A DNA stretch of 64,000 nucleotides from Patescibacteria group bacterium (GCA_035260845.1 DATFUL010000008.1:5709-69708); one strand, 5' to 3'. Counted from the stretch's first letter, positions 37,731 through 47,689 are shown. The notes: generated by a model from the letters alone, not told the origin. Numbers and translations: made by a program.

Positions 37731-38882
37731 ATGCCAGCGGAACAAAATCCAAATAGTGAAAAATTTTCTGCCCGGAAAGTTCGTGCTGGTGCAATTGCTT
37801 ACTACTATCAAGGCTTCATCGAGTCAGCCCAAGAAAATGGGATAGAACTTAATGATCAACATAAAATTGTTAAAGGTGTAAAAAGATTCTTGGATGAATA
37901 TAAAACATTAATGGGTGGAGTAATGCCCACAATGGATCAACTCCTTGAATTTAAGGAGCAGACAATGGCTGTTGCAGAACTTCAGAAAAAAGAAAGTCAT
38001 TTGAGTCAGCGTGATTTTATAAGAGCCAATAAAGACAAATTTGACATAGATTTACTGGGAAGTGCAGCAAACACAAGGCTTATCCGTTCGTATCAAGACT
38101 TTGAAAATAAAGGCGGATTTTTAATGAATTTACTTCCTATTTATTTAGGTAAGCTTACATATGGCATAGGCGGCGATATTGACCGCGATCCAGATGAAAA
38201 CGCATGGGCAAGTGCTTTTTTGATGGATAAAGCAACCGACAGAATAATTAACGACTTGGCCTTTGAATTTAGTGGTTACAATACCGTTCTAGAGTTGGGT
38301 GCAGGCAGTGGCAATTTTTCCAAAAAGTTTTTAAATAAACATGAAGATGGATATGCAGTTGTAACAGACAAAAATCCTGAAACTCAAAAAACGGTAAGAG
38401 AAAATTTAAAGTCATCAGAATCATTTGAAGGGATAGATTTTGATGTTTCGGAATTGGATATGAAAGATACTGAGGGGTTAAAAAGAATAGCAGAGAAACT
38501 AGGGAACCAGAAAATTATTTTACATATTGGTTATATTCTTCATGAGAATTGGGAATTGGCGCTTGAGACTCTGAACTCTCTTTCAGAAGTTTTTAAAGAA
38601 AAAAATGTAATTTTTGCTTTCTCAGAATATTATTTACAGGATGAAATAACAGATGAAGTCCCATTGGATTTTCAAGGTCTTCATTATCCAACTCAAGATT
38701 TACTCAGTAGAGATGAACTTATGGTAATTGCAAATCACTATGGTTTTGTAAGGTGTAGAGATAGAAAAGGGAATGATATGGAAACTGTTCATAACTACAC
38801 AACTCGCATTAATCCAGATGGCTCAGAATCAAGGGAAATAATGAATTCCACCACTTACTGGACACTCTCTTCTCCTGTATAA
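37731..38882 (+). CDS. Class I SAM-dependent methyltransferase-domain protein
   Basis: VLELGAGSGNFS motif I, GYILHE; unknown N-terminal region. Confidence 0.75.
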   Translation: MPAEQNPNSEKFSARKVRAGAIAYYYQGFIESAQENGIELNDQHKIVKGVKRFLDEYKTLMGGVMPTMDQLLEFKEQTMAVAELQKKESHLSQRDFIRANKDKFDIDLLGSAANTRLIRSYQDFENKGGFLMNLLPIYLGKLTYGIGGDIDRDPDENAWASAFLMDKATDRIINDLAFEFSGYNTVLELGAGSGNFSKKFLNKHEDGYAVVTDKNPETQKTVRENLKSSESFEGIDFDVSELDMKDTEGLKRIAEKLGNQKIILHIGYILHENWELALETLNSLSEVFKEKNVIFAFSEYYLQDEITDEVPLDFQGLHYPTQDLLSRDELMVIANHYGFVRCRDRKGNDMETVHNYTTRINPDGSESREIMNSTTYWTLSSPV

Positions 38883-38911
38883 TGGGAACTTCGTGAGGAA
38901 TATTTACCCGT

Positions 38912-40102
38912 ATGTTTAAAGGAAACAGAAACTTACTAATCATTGCCCTTATCGCGCTTGTAAACATGCTTGGCTATGGAATTATTATTCCAATTCTTTA
39001 TTCTTATTCCAAAAAGTTTGGCCTAACAGATTTTCAAAATGGCCTTCTTTTCGCATTATTTTCCATTTGTCAGTTTATATCAACCCCGATTATCGGAAGA
39101 CTTTCAGACAAGTACGGCAGGCGGCCAATGCTTTTAATTTCGATAATTGGAACCGCAGTCTCATTTTTTGTAATGGCCTTTGCTCCGAGCGCAATTTTTC
39201 TTTTTATAGCGCGTGCTGTTGATGGACTTACAGCAGGCAACATCCCAGTCATTTTTGCTGTTATTTCTGATTCAACTAAACCCGAGGAACGTGCCAAAGC
39301 ATTTGGTTTAATTAGCGCCGCATTTAATTTTGGCTTTATTTTTGGCCCTGCAACGGCCGCATTAACTATTCATTTTGGAACTCCCGTACCTTTTATTATT
39401 GCGGGAACAATCACTGTAATTGCCGCAACTCTTACTGCGATTTATTTGCCGGAAACAAACAAACACATGAATGAAGGCGTTGTAAAGCATAGTAAATTAA
39501 TCGATTTTCCAAAGCTTTGGCACACCTTGTTTGATCCAAATGTCGGAATGACGTTTCTTATTTCTTTAGTCTTTTTCTTAGCATTTTCCTGCGCCGTTAT
39601 TTATGGCTTTCAACCGTTCTTAATCAATGTCTTAAAAATTTCGGCTTCAACTAATGCGGTTTTGTTTACTATTTTTGGCATAATCGGTCTTATTTCGCAA
39701 ACTTTCTTTGTTGAGATGGTTTCCAAAAAGTTAGGGATGAAGAAAGCTTTTACAGTCTCGATTCTTTTTACTTTTGTAGCATTTGTGATTATGTATTTGT
39801 CCCACGCACTGCCTATTTTTATTGTTGCCATGGTAATCCTGTCTTTATTTAATAGTGTTGTTCAAACTTTGATTCCAACAATTTTATCTAACGAAGCAGA
39901 TGCAAGTTCCCAGGGCTCTGTAATGGGACTTAATTCTTCGTATCAGAGTATTGGCATGATTATTGGCCCAATTTTAGGTGGGCTAGTTGCGACCATTTCT
40001 GTTCCACTTCCATTTTTGGTTGGAGCCCTTCTTGTTTTGGTTTGCTATTTTATGTCCTCCAAAATTCTAAGGCCTGGAGTTAAAAAAGAATCAGCCTTTT
40101 AG
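38912..40102 (+). CDS. MFS efflux transporter (TetA/DHA1-like)
   Basis: GRLSDKYGRRP motif A, ARAVDG, GFIFGP. Confidence 0.93.
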   Translation: MFKGNRNLLIIALIALVNMLGYGIIIPILYSYSKKFGLTDFQNGLLFALFSICQFISTPIIGRLSDKYGRRPMLLISIIGTAVSFFVMAFAPSAIFLFIARAVDGLTAGNIPVIFAVISDSTKPEERAKAFGLISAAFNFGFIFGPATAALTIHFGTPVPFIIAGTITVIAATLTAIYLPETNKHMNEGVVKHSKLIDFPKLWHTLFDPNVGMTFLISLVFFLAFSCAVIYGFQPFLINVLKISASTNAVLFTIFGIIGLISQTFFVEMVSKKLGMKKAFTVSILFTFVAFVIMYLSHALPIFIVAMVILSLFNSVVQTLIPTILSNEADASSQGSVMGLNSSYQSIGMIIGPILGGLVATISVPLPFLVGALLVLVCYFMSSKILRPGVKKESAF

Positions 40103-40160
40103 AATAAATCTTCTAGAGTATAGACATCAAATGTTAAAATAAAATGAGGAGGTGATAGTT

Positions 40161-40343
40161 ATGGCCAAGTATGGAAAACTAGCCCAAAAAAAAGTTGAGA
40201 GGGCAGTAAAAGAATACAAAAAAGGAAATCTCAAAAGCGGAAGAAGCGGACTAAAAGTTAAAAAGCTTAAACAAGCTGTCGCAATTGGACTTTCAGAAGC
40301 GCGGAAAATGGGAGCAAAAATGCCCCCTTATCCCAAGAAGTAA
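40161..40343 (+). CDS. Small basic protein, DUF6496-like
   Basis: EYKKGNLKSGRSG.KVK..KQAVAIGLSEAR; strong SD GGAGGTGA. Confidence 0.8.
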   Translation: MAKYGKLAQKKVERAVKEYKKGNLKSGRSGLKVKKLKQAVAIGLSEARKMGAKMPPYPKK

Positions 40344-40382
40344 GACATAGCGACAGCGTTATCCTCAAAGTTAAATCGAAGA

Positions 40383-40808
40383 TTATTTTAGTAATGACTG
40401 GGGGTCGACCAATTCCCATTCTTGTTCGATTAGCTTTTCGTCGAGTGGATTTGCCTTTTGCCAGTCCACGCCAGACTTTGGAATCCAAACACCCTTAACG
40501 GGAAATCTACTACCTTTCGGTATTTCCCTACCATATTTAGTGTTTAGGTCTTCTGACAACTCGCCTTGTAATACAGCTGGGGAGTGGTGGAGCTCTTTTG
40601 CTCTTAATATGGATAACACCATTGCCCATCCAGGAGCGTCTCCAACATATTGGATTACATTAGGTTCAACATGTTTATTCTCTTTTGATTTATCAAAAAA
40701 GACGCCATCTTTTTCTACGACTGCACATTTTTTATAGTTTTCAAGCGTAGTTGCAAAGTGAATTGTTGTTTGCGGTTCTATTTCACTCCTATCTGGGCTT
40801 TTAGGCAT
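40383..40808 (-). CDS. Hypothetical protein
   Basis: 141-aa ORF, TGTTAAAAT lies 6 nt before the ATG. Confidence 0.65.
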   Translation of the reverse strand: MPKSPDRSEIEPQTTIHFATTLENYKKCAVVEKDGVFFDKSKENKHVEPNVIQYVGDAPGWAMVLSILRAKELHHSPAVLQGELSEDLNTKYGREIPKGSRFPVKGVWIPKSGVDWQKANPLDEKLIEQEWELVDPQSLLK

Positions 40809-40893
40809 AATTAGATTTTAACATATTGAATTAGTTCGATTCCTTTTGCTGGTTGATCTATCTTGGTATATAAGCTGAGTTCGAGAAAAGCTG

Positions 40894-40964
40894 CAGGGTC
40901 GGATGGAATCGAACCATCATTAGCGGTTTTGGAGACCGCTGTCCTGCCGTTGAACGACGACCCT
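40894..40964 (-). tRNA. tRNA-Trp(CCA)
   Basis: AGGGTCG acceptor stem; GCGGT-CTCCAAA-ACCGC anticodon arm. Confidence 0.95.
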
Positions 40965-41014
40965 ATAAAGTGAATTATATCAAGGCTAGGGAACAAAAGC
41001 TAAAGAAAAGTGGA

Positions 41015-41200
41015 TTATTTAAGTTTTGAGGACTCTTTATGAAGCTGGACTTTCTTGCAAAATCTACAATACTTTTTAAGACCAAGTTTACCTTTGCCTT
41101 TTACATCCATGTTAATTTTATTCCTGTCTGTAACATAATTTTGGTTTTTACAGATAGAACAAACTAATGCAACAATTTCGCGAGCTCCTTTTTTAGCCAT
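41015..41200 (-). CDS. rpmG: 50S ribosomal protein bL33 (Zn-binding type)
   Basis: CSIC..QNYVT..N, LKKYCRFCKK...HKE. Confidence 0.95.
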   Translation of the reverse strand: MAKKGAREIVALVCSICKNQNYVTDRNKINMDVKGKGKLGLKKYCRFCKKVQLHKESSKLK

Positions 41201-41252
41201 GAGAGTATTCTAACACAGGCACTAGCCTCTAGGGAATAGTCACTACGATATG

Positions 41253-41324
41253 AGCCTGAAGTGGGAATCGGACCCACGACCCCGTTCTTACCAAGAACGT
41301 GCTCTGCCACTGAGCTACCCAGGC
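41253..41324 (-). tRNA. tRNA-Thr(GGT)
   Basis: CGTTC-TTGGTAA-GAACG anticodon arm. Confidence 0.93.
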
Positions 41325-41328
41325 ACTG

Positions 41329-41413
41329 TGCTGAGGACAGGATTCGAACCTATGTAGCCCTTTCGGGCGAGAGATTTACAGTCTCTTGCGATTGTCCACT
41401 CCGCCACCTCAGC
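41329..41413 (-). tRNA. tRNA-Tyr(GTA)
   Basis: AGAGA-CTGTAAA-TCTCT anticodon arm, long variable arm GCCC-GAAA-GGGC. Confidence 0.95.
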
Positions 41414-41414
41414 C

Positions 41415-41490
41415 TGGAGCCGGGAAGAGGATTCGAACCCCCGACCTTTGCTTTACAAAAGCATTGCTCTACCAGCTGAGCTATCCCGGC
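41415..41490 (-). tRNA. tRNA-Thr(TGT)
   Basis: GCCGGGA acceptor stem, loop TTTGTAA, encoded CCA end. Confidence 0.93.
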
Positions 41491-41537
41491 TTAAAAAACT
41501 TACTGGCAAGGAGAATTATATCAAATTTTGAAGCAAA

Positions 41538-41690
41538 ATTGACCCCATCATCAAGGGGCCGGCACTCTTCCTGGAATTCTCCAGGTGGGTAGGCTGCCTT
41601 CCATCGATTGCTCTTTGGCCGGACTCCGCCTTCCCAATTAAATAAAATAGTCAGAAAGATTGACCGGAACACCTTTTTAACAGGGTCAAT
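41538..41690 (-). ncRNA. ssrS: Probable 6S RNA (about 150 nt)
   Basis: Own GGTATAAT -10; complementary ends ATTGACCC/GGGGTCAAT; U-rich strand before UGGGA and ACCCACCUG..CAGG motif as in Firmicutes-type 6S RNAs. Confidence 0.7.
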
Positions 41691-41713
41691 TAATTATACC
41701 ATCCGAAGCAAGC

Positions 41714-42349
41714 TCAGATTGTTCCGAATCCTGGGACTAATAAGTTCAAAACGAAGCTAATTGCTGGGTCTATTACTGCTGTAATTAAAGAAGTTCCGCC
41801 GAATGGAAATATTAAAACCAGAAGCATAATCATTCCATATTTAGATAAAAACATATCAACTTCATTGGCTTCTTTTTTAGGTAAAATTCCAACTAAAATT
41901 TTACCTCCATCTAGGGGGTGAACTGGAACAAGATTAAATACCGCAAGGGCTACATTAAGTAAAATAACAGGGTAGGTTAGAGCAAAAATAGCTTCTGTTG
42001 GAAAAATCCTAAGTATTATTGCGAGCAGAGTGGCCAAAAGCATATTACTTAGCGGGCCGGCCAGAGAAATCAGAGCAGAATCTTTTTTGGGATTTTCTAA
42101 GTTGTATGGGTCAATCGGTACGGGTTTTGCCCAACCAAAAGGGATAACTGGGATACCAATCGAGCGCATTATGACAAGAACTAAGAGTAGGGTAGTGCCC
42201 ACAGGGTCATAATGTTTTATAGGGTTAAGGCTGAGGCGTCCAAGGAGCCTAGCTGTAGGGTCTCCGAGCCTGTCTGCCATCCAGGCATGGGAGGCCTCGT
42301 GGATTGTTATAGTTATGGCAAAAGCGGCTATCCAAATTATGATTTCCAT
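41714..42349 (-). CDS. Site-2 protease (M50) family protein
   Basis: HEASH, LGDPT, AGPLSN, FNLVPVHPLDGG. Confidence 0.93.
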   Translation of the reverse strand: MEIIIWIAAFAITITIHEASHAWMADRLGDPTARLLGRLSLNPIKHYDPVGTTLLLVLVIMRSIGIPVIPFGWAKPVPIDPYNLENPKKDSALISLAGPLSNMLLATLLAIILRIFPTEAIFALTYPVILLNVALAVFNLVPVHPLDGGKILVGILPKKEANEVDMFLSKYGMIMLLVLIFPFGGTSLITAVIDPAISFVLNLLVPGFGTI

Positions 42350-42397
42350 TGCGATCAGGGTCGATTAATAGTATAATCTACCACAGCTAAAAATTAT

Positions 42398-42646
42398 ATG
42401 GCATACATTTGCGACAATTGCGGAAAAGGCATGGTTTACGGCAGACAAAGCACTCACCACAGAGGGGTAGCTGGAAAACGTTGGAAAAAACGTGCCCAAG
42501 TTACTCTTAGAACCTTTAAGCCCAACTTACAAAAGGTTTCTATTATGCTCTCTGGAGTTAAGACCCAAATGAGACTTTGTACAGATTGTATTAGCAGATT
42601 CAAGAAAGACGGAAAAATGGGAGCTTCAAAATTTGCCGCAGTTTAG
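42398..42646 (+). CDS. rpmB: 50S ribosomal protein bL28
   Basis: CDNCGK...RTFKPNLQK...LCTDCI. Confidence 0.92.
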   Translation: MAYICDNCGKGMVYGRQSTHHRGVAGKRWKKRAQVTLRTFKPNLQKVSIMLSGVKTQMRLCTDCISRFKKDGKMGASKFAAV

Positions 42647-42651
42647 GCTAG

Positions 42652-42882
42652 TTATTTAGCATCTTTTCCACCACTGAGTTTTCCTTGGCCTTTTAGTCTT
42701 GGTGGATGAAATCTTATTGCCGTAGTGTTTGTGGTTCCAGATACTTTGCCATCTCTTTTGTGCTGGAGAGCTATACCTGGAGGCAAGTGTAATGCATCTA
42801 CTTTGTCGTCATTGCTGTTTAGACACAAATCTCGTTGTTCACAGATATTTCTAATAAATGGACTACAATGTTCACAAATCAT
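42652..42882 (-). CDS. Small Cys-containing hypothetical protein
   Basis: 76-aa ORF, TGTATAAT lies 8 nt before the ATG. Confidence 0.5.
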   Translation of the reverse strand: MICEHCSPFIRNICEQRDLCLNSNDDKVDALHLPPGIALQHKRDGKVSGTTNTTAIRFHPPRLKGQGKLSGGKDAK

Positions 42883-42906
42883 AATCAGCTATTATACATA
42901 TTTTTT

Positions 42907-43761
42907 TTATCCCAATTTGAAGTCCTTATAGGCCTCTTTGAATTGTTTATAAGGAACAGGCAGTTTTCCCTCAAGTTGAACCTCATCTAACACTAATTTT
43001 CCATCTTCAACATGGCTTCTAAGGAATTTTAACCTTTTCTCGTTTGGTAAATATGTCCAAGCTCCTGGCCAGGGGAACATGGCGCGAATAAAACGTTCTG
43101 CCTCAGTAGCACTTTTTTCTTTAAGATCAATAAAACCATCTTGCTTGGTAACTAATTTTGTATATGTTGCTTCGTCTTCATCCTGTTTTTTTAACTTTAT
43201 TTTTCCTTGCATGTATGGAGTAAGAGTCTCGATTAATACCTGAGCGCTTTTTTCAAATAATCTATCTCTTAAGACGTCAGAAGTATCTGATTCAAGAATA
43301 TCTTCCTTAAATTGGGTAATTATTGGGCCGTGGTCCATTTTGCTGTCCATTTTAAGAATAGTGACACCTGTTTTTTCATCGCCATTTTTAATAGCGGCAG
43401 GAACTGGGGAAGCACCCCTATATTTAGGTAATAGAGAGGGGTGAATTACCAAAATTCCCTGGGGGAACAAATTGATTACTTCCTGGGTAATAATTTCACC
43501 GTATGAAGCTAAAACTCCAAGCTCAATATCTAAATTTGCATCCAATAATTCGTTGGCTGAATAGAATGTCGGAACTTTATGCTCATGTGCCCATTTATCA
43601 ATCGGGGAATAAGAAAGATATTGTTTGCGTCCAACTGGTTTTGGGGAAGCAGTTACAACCCCAGCAATAGGGGAAGTTCCAGGGCCTGTAACAAATTCAT
43701 GATGAATTTTGGTCAAAATTGGCAAAATGTAATCTGGTGTACCAAAAAAGACTATTTTCAT
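42907..43761 (-). CDS. fmt: Methionyl-tRNA formyltransferase
   Basis: IVFFGTP, IHPSLLPKYRGASP, MDHGPI, PWPGAW. Confidence 0.96.
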   Translation of the reverse strand: MKIVFFGTPDYILPILTKIHHEFVTGPGTSPIAGVVTASPKPVGRKQYLSYSPIDKWAHEHKVPTFYSANELLDANLDIELGVLASYGEIITQEVINLFPQGILVIHPSLLPKYRGASPVPAAIKNGDEKTGVTILKMDSKMDHGPIITQFKEDILESDTSDVLRDRLFEKSAQVLIETLTPYMQGKIKLKKQDEDEATYTKLVTKQDGFIDLKEKSATEAERFIRAMFPWPGAWTYLPNEKRLKFLRSHVEDGKLVLDEVQLEGKLPVPYKQFKEAYKDFKLG

Positions 43762-43765
43762 TTCG

Positions 43766-44305
43766 TTAGATTAATTCCACCTCTTCCCATTCGTCATTTT
43801 CCACTTTATATAGTGGTTTTTTCTCTTCCAATAAATGGTCTACAAAAAGTATACCGTTTAAGTGATCGATTTCGTGAAGAATAATTTGTGCGTCAAAATC
43901 TCTAAATTCCTCTATCATTTTTTCGCCTTTTTCGTTCAAATAGTCAATTTTTACAGCTTTGGCACGTTTTAATGGGCCATAATAAAAAGGCAAAGAAAGG
44001 CAGCCTTCTAAAATTTCTTTCTTAGTCTTTTTCTCTTTTTCAGCTTTAGACATGTCGGTAACTTTTAAGATTTTTGGATTTATAACAACCTTATTGAAAG
44101 ATTTGTAGTTACAAATAAAAACCTGTAAGTTTTTGCCGATTTGGGGAGCTGCTAGGCCAATTCCTTCCGGATCTTTTTGTACCGCCAAAGTGTCTTTTAG
44201 GTCGCGAATTAACTGCAAAACCTTTTTATCCACCTTGCCGACAGCTTTGGATTTGGTTCTAAGTATTGTGTTTCCCGACTGTAGAATTTTCTGAATCATG
44301 CTCAA
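43766..44305 (-). CDS. def: Peptide deformylase
   Basis: GIGLAAPQIG, EGCLS, HEIDHLNG. Confidence 0.98.
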   Translation of the reverse strand: MSMIQKILQSGNTILRTKSKAVGKVDKKVLQLIRDLKDTLAVQKDPEGIGLAAPQIGKNLQVFICNYKSFNKVVINPKILKVTDMSKAEKEKKTKKEILEGCLSLPFYYGPLKRAKAVKIDYLNEKGEKMIEEFRDFDAQIILHEIDHLNGILFVDHLLEEKKPLYKVENDEWEEVELI

Positions 44306-44360
44306 TTATAGCATGATTGCCGAAAACACGGAACAATTCAATATCTGAATTGTTGACGAT

Positions 44361-46370
44361 CTATTTGATATTTGCCAAAGCTTGGATAGCAGTTTGATTT
44401 TTTGGATCAAGGTTGGCCAAAATATAATTAAGCTGATTTTTGGCCTCATTATTATTGCCTAAATGCACAAGAAGTGCTGCATATTCAATTCTGGCATCTG
44501 TGTAATTTGCCTTAAGATCAACGGCAGTTTTAAGAGTCTCACTAGCCGATTTATAATCACCGAGGTTGGCCTGAGTAATACCGAGGTTGTAGAAAAGTTT
44601 GGCGTCGGTTGGTGCTAGTTTTATGGCTGTTAAAAGCATATCTCTTGCATCATTAAGATATTTTTCATCAACTATAGAAAGTCTTATATAAACACTAAAA
44701 GCGCTGCGCCATAAATTAATATTTGCAGGTGCCAAACTAACAGCCTTTTGTATTGCTAGAGCGCTGCAGTTTGTAAATTCGGCAGTACTGCTTGCGTCTT
44801 TGGCTTGATTATAAGCTAAAGCAACTGCAGTGTATGAGTTTGCCATCTCTCCGTAATACATTGCTTGCGAAGGTGCAAGTTTTACAGCCTTAGTTATTGC
44901 CGGAATTGCAAGATCAGGCCTTGGAACACTATTTAGGGCGTGGGCTTTGCTGTACAAAACATCTGCATACCAATAACGGGATATCAAAGTTAAAAGGCAA
45001 AAGGTAAAAATTAAAAGTATTGAAATAGTAATTTTTTGTGAAGAATCTAGTTGTGTAACATTTTTACTTTTTCCTTCCTCGATTTTAGCTACGGCAAATG
45101 CAACTGCTGGGAATAAAAATAATTCTAATTGAGTAGGAACTACGGAAAATCCAAAGAAGTTTGAGACAGATAAACTTACAAAACCTGCAAAAATTGCAAA
45201 ATTTAGGGTTTTATTTTCACCTTTAGTTTTAAGAATGACAAAACCAAAAAAACCCAAAAGTGTTAAGTACGAAAGTAATCCGACAGTACCTGTAGTTGCT
45301 GCGAAGTTTAAAAATTCATTGTGGGCTTTGTTGTAAATAAAATCCCACTCAGAAGTTAAATTATGTGCGGCGGGTCTATAAAGATAGTAGGAATAGGCGA
45401 AAGTTTCGACTCCTGTTCCAAAAATTGGGTAGTGAAGCCAAACTTGTAGGGCTCCCTGCCAGACAATTTTTCTTATTGTGCCTGATTCTGTGCCACCAGT
45501 CTCAAGCGCGGTTCCTTGTGGTTTAGCAACTTGTTGGATTTTAGATTTATTCAATAATTCATTAATACTTGGAGTGAACTGTGTTCCGGAAATTAAACCA
45601 ATTGCAAGAAATGAAAAACCAATAATTAAAAGTGGACTCAAAATAGACTTTATATTTTTTCGCTCTTGCCAAAGATAAAAAGTCCAGAAAACAATGGAAG
45701 CTACGGCAAAGCCTAAAAGGCCGGATCTAGACTTAGTAAATATTAGTGTCCAGGAAAAAAGTATTGAAATTACAAAATAACCCCAGAAACTTAAAGATTT
45801 TACTTTTGATTTAATTAGAAGTGCCCAAGCAATTGGAATTAAAGCTGTAAGCCATGCCGCAAGCCAGTTAGGTTGCCCAAGAGATGAAAAAACACGGGAT
45901 TGCACATCTTGTACCCAAACATCTTTATCTATTCCAAAATGTTCTAAAACACCATATGTGGTCACAAGAACGCCTGATGCAAGCCAGATTTTTATTAGTT
46001 TTAATGTATCATCTTTTTCAAAATTGCTTACAAAAGCCCAGTAGAGCAATGAGTAACAAATAATGGAGAGGAGACCCCCGTTAAAGCGTGAGTAATAACC
46101 AAAAACAGAAGTGTAAAAATCAATTGAAAAAATAGTTGAAACAATCTGAGATCCCAAGAATATTAAAAGTGGAATATCTAACATTGTGCGACGGAATATT
46201 ATTTTTCCTTCTCTAATACATCTAATTGCCCAGGCACTTGCAATTAATGTGCTTAATATATAAACCAAAACAATTTTATTGAATTCAAAAACCTCGGAAG
46301 TATACGGCCACAGAACCAAAGGAACAAAAAACATCAATATGGCAAAAAGATAGAAGATTAACTTTCGCAT
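44361..46370 (-). CDS. O-antigen ligase/Wzy_C-like membrane protein with C-terminal TPR repeats
   Basis: SLGQPN, TKSRSG, PIFGTG, KAHNEFL; TPR-like helices at the C-terminus. Confidence 0.88.
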   Translation of the reverse strand: MRKLIFYLFAILMFFVPLVLWPYTSEVFEFNKIVLVYILSTLIASAWAIRCIREGKIIFRRTMLDIPLLIFLGSQIVSTIFSIDFYTSVFGYYSRFNGGLLSIICYSLLYWAFVSNFEKDDTLKLIKIWLASGVLVTTYGVLEHFGIDKDVWVQDVQSRVFSSLGQPNWLAAWLTALIPIAWALLIKSKVKSLSFWGYFVISILFSWTLIFTKSRSGLLGFAVASIVFWTFYLWQERKNIKSILSPLLIIGFSFLAIGLISGTQFTPSINELLNKSKIQQVAKPQGTALETGGTESGTIRKIVWQGALQVWLHYPIFGTGVETFAYSYYLYRPAAHNLTSEWDFIYNKAHNEFLNFAATTGTVGLLSYLTLLGFFGFVILKTKGENKTLNFAIFAGFVSLSVSNFFGFSVVPTQLELFLFPAVAFAVAKIEEGKSKNVTQLDSSQKITISILLIFTFCLLTLISRYWYADVLYSKAHALNSVPRPDLAIPAITKAVKLAPSQAMYYGEMANSYTAVALAYNQAKDASSTAEFTNCSALAIQKAVSLAPANINLWRSAFSVYIRLSIVDEKYLNDARDMLLTAIKLAPTDAKLFYNLGITQANLGDYKSASETLKTAVDLKANYTDARIEYAALLVHLGNNNEAKNQLNYILANLDPKNQTAIQALANIK
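44984..45018. repeat. Heptamer repeat in frame inside the O-antigen ligase-like gene
   Basis: tcaaagt taaaagg caaaagg taaaaat taaaagt; encodes LLIFTFCLLTL on the minus strand. Confidence 0.55.
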
Positions 46371-46391
46371 TTAGCCATTCTAACGTACTTG

Positions 46392-46456
46392 AATAAGCAA
46401 ATCTACAAATAAGCAAATATTTGCAGATTTTGAATTTGGATATTTGAATATTTTGT
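46392..46456. repeat. 8-mer quasi-palindromic repeat (CAAAT/ATTTG family)
   Basis: aataagca aatctaca aataagca aatatttg cagatttt gaatttgg atatttga. Confidence 0.75.
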
Positions 46457-46527
46457 CTGAGTGGGTATACTGCGTTGCGTATAAGCAGAGCTTGGCAAAA
46501 TAATATTTATATGAAAGGAGAAGTTTT

Positions 46528-47601
46528 GTGAAATTTAAATTAATTAATCCAATTGATCGCTTCTTAGGACTTTTCTCGCACGATATTGGAATAGATTTGG
46601 GAACTGCAAACACTTTAGTTTATGTACTGGGTAAAGGAGTTGTAATTCGTGAACCTTCAGCTGTTGCACGGCATAAAAAAACAAAAGAAATTTTAGCAAT
46701 TGGGGCTTCCGCTAAAAAGATGTATGGCAGAGCGCCTTCGACAATTGAGGCAATTAGGCCACTACGAGACGGGGTTATTGCAGACTTTGACGCAACGGCC
46801 GCAATGCTTAAGTATTACATTAAAAGAGTTCACGAGGGGGGTACCGTTATACCAAAGATTCCGCGCCCCAGGGTAATTGTTGGAATCCCATCAGGAGTCA
46901 CCGAAGTTGAAAGACGGGCCGTTGCTGATGCTGTAATGGACGCCGGGGCCCGAGAAGTTTATTTAATAGAAGAACCTATGGCTGCTGCAATCGGAGCAAA
47001 ATTGCCCGTAGAAAGCCCCGAGGGCAATTTTATAGTCGACATTGGTGGCGGAACTTCTGAAATTGCTGTAATTTCTTTGGGAGGAATTGTTTTGGGCCGC
47101 TCCGTGCGCGTTGCGGGGGATGAAATGGACGAGGCAATAATTAATTATGTAAGGCTTAAATACTCTCTTCTTTTAGGTCAACCAACCGCCGAGGCTGTAA
47201 AAATTGGGATTGCCTCAGTTGTAACAGAAAGCGGGGAAGCAAAACAAAAGTTTACTGTTGTACGCGGGCGTGACCTGGAAACTGGTTTACCCAAATCAAT
47301 AAAACTTACAAATAACGAAATTGGGGAAGCCCTCTCCCCAATAATTCAAGAAATTATAGTTAATATCGTGGATACTTTGGAAGAAACTCCACCCGAACTT
47401 ACAAGTGACATAATGGAGCGGGGAATTACACTTGCAGGAGGAGGCTCACTTTTGCCTGGAATCGATAAAGCAATTTCAGAAGCCACTCATATGCCGGTTT
47501 GGATCGCCGAGGACCCGTTAACCTGCGTAGTTAGGGGTTGCGGTGCGCTTCTGGAAAATCCAGAACTATTAAAAAGAGTTAGAGTAACAAAAGGTCTCTA
47601 A
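46528..47601 (+). CDS. mreB: MreB (paralogue 2)
   Basis: DIGIDLGTANT, RPLRDGVIAD, IEEPMAAAIGA, VDIGGGTSE. Confidence 0.96.
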   Translation: MKFKLINPIDRFLGLFSHDIGIDLGTANTLVYVLGKGVVIREPSAVARHKKTKEILAIGASAKKMYGRAPSTIEAIRPLRDGVIADFDATAAMLKYYIKRVHEGGTVIPKIPRPRVIVGIPSGVTEVERRAVADAVMDAGAREVYLIEEPMAAAIGAKLPVESPEGNFIVDIGGGTSEIAVISLGGIVLGRSVRVAGDEMDEAIINYVRLKYSLLLGQPTAEAVKIGIASVVTESGEAKQKFTVVRGRDLETGLPKSIKLTNNEIGEALSPIIQEIIVNIVDTLEETPPELTSDIMERGITLAGGGSLLPGIDKAISEATHMPVWIAEDPLTCVVRGCGALLENPELLKRVRVTKGL

Positions 47602-47678
47602 AATCGGTATTTCAGTAGTTCGGTATTTCTGTTTGCAGTTTACCGATAACTGAATTACTGGAATACCGGAATACTGAT
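47602..47678. repeat. 8-mer repeat element, copy 3
   Basis: tcggtatt tcagtagt tcggtatt ... aattactg gaataccg gaatactg; closely similar to 569-643. Confidence 0.85.
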
Positions 47679-47689
47679 AAAATGAGTAT

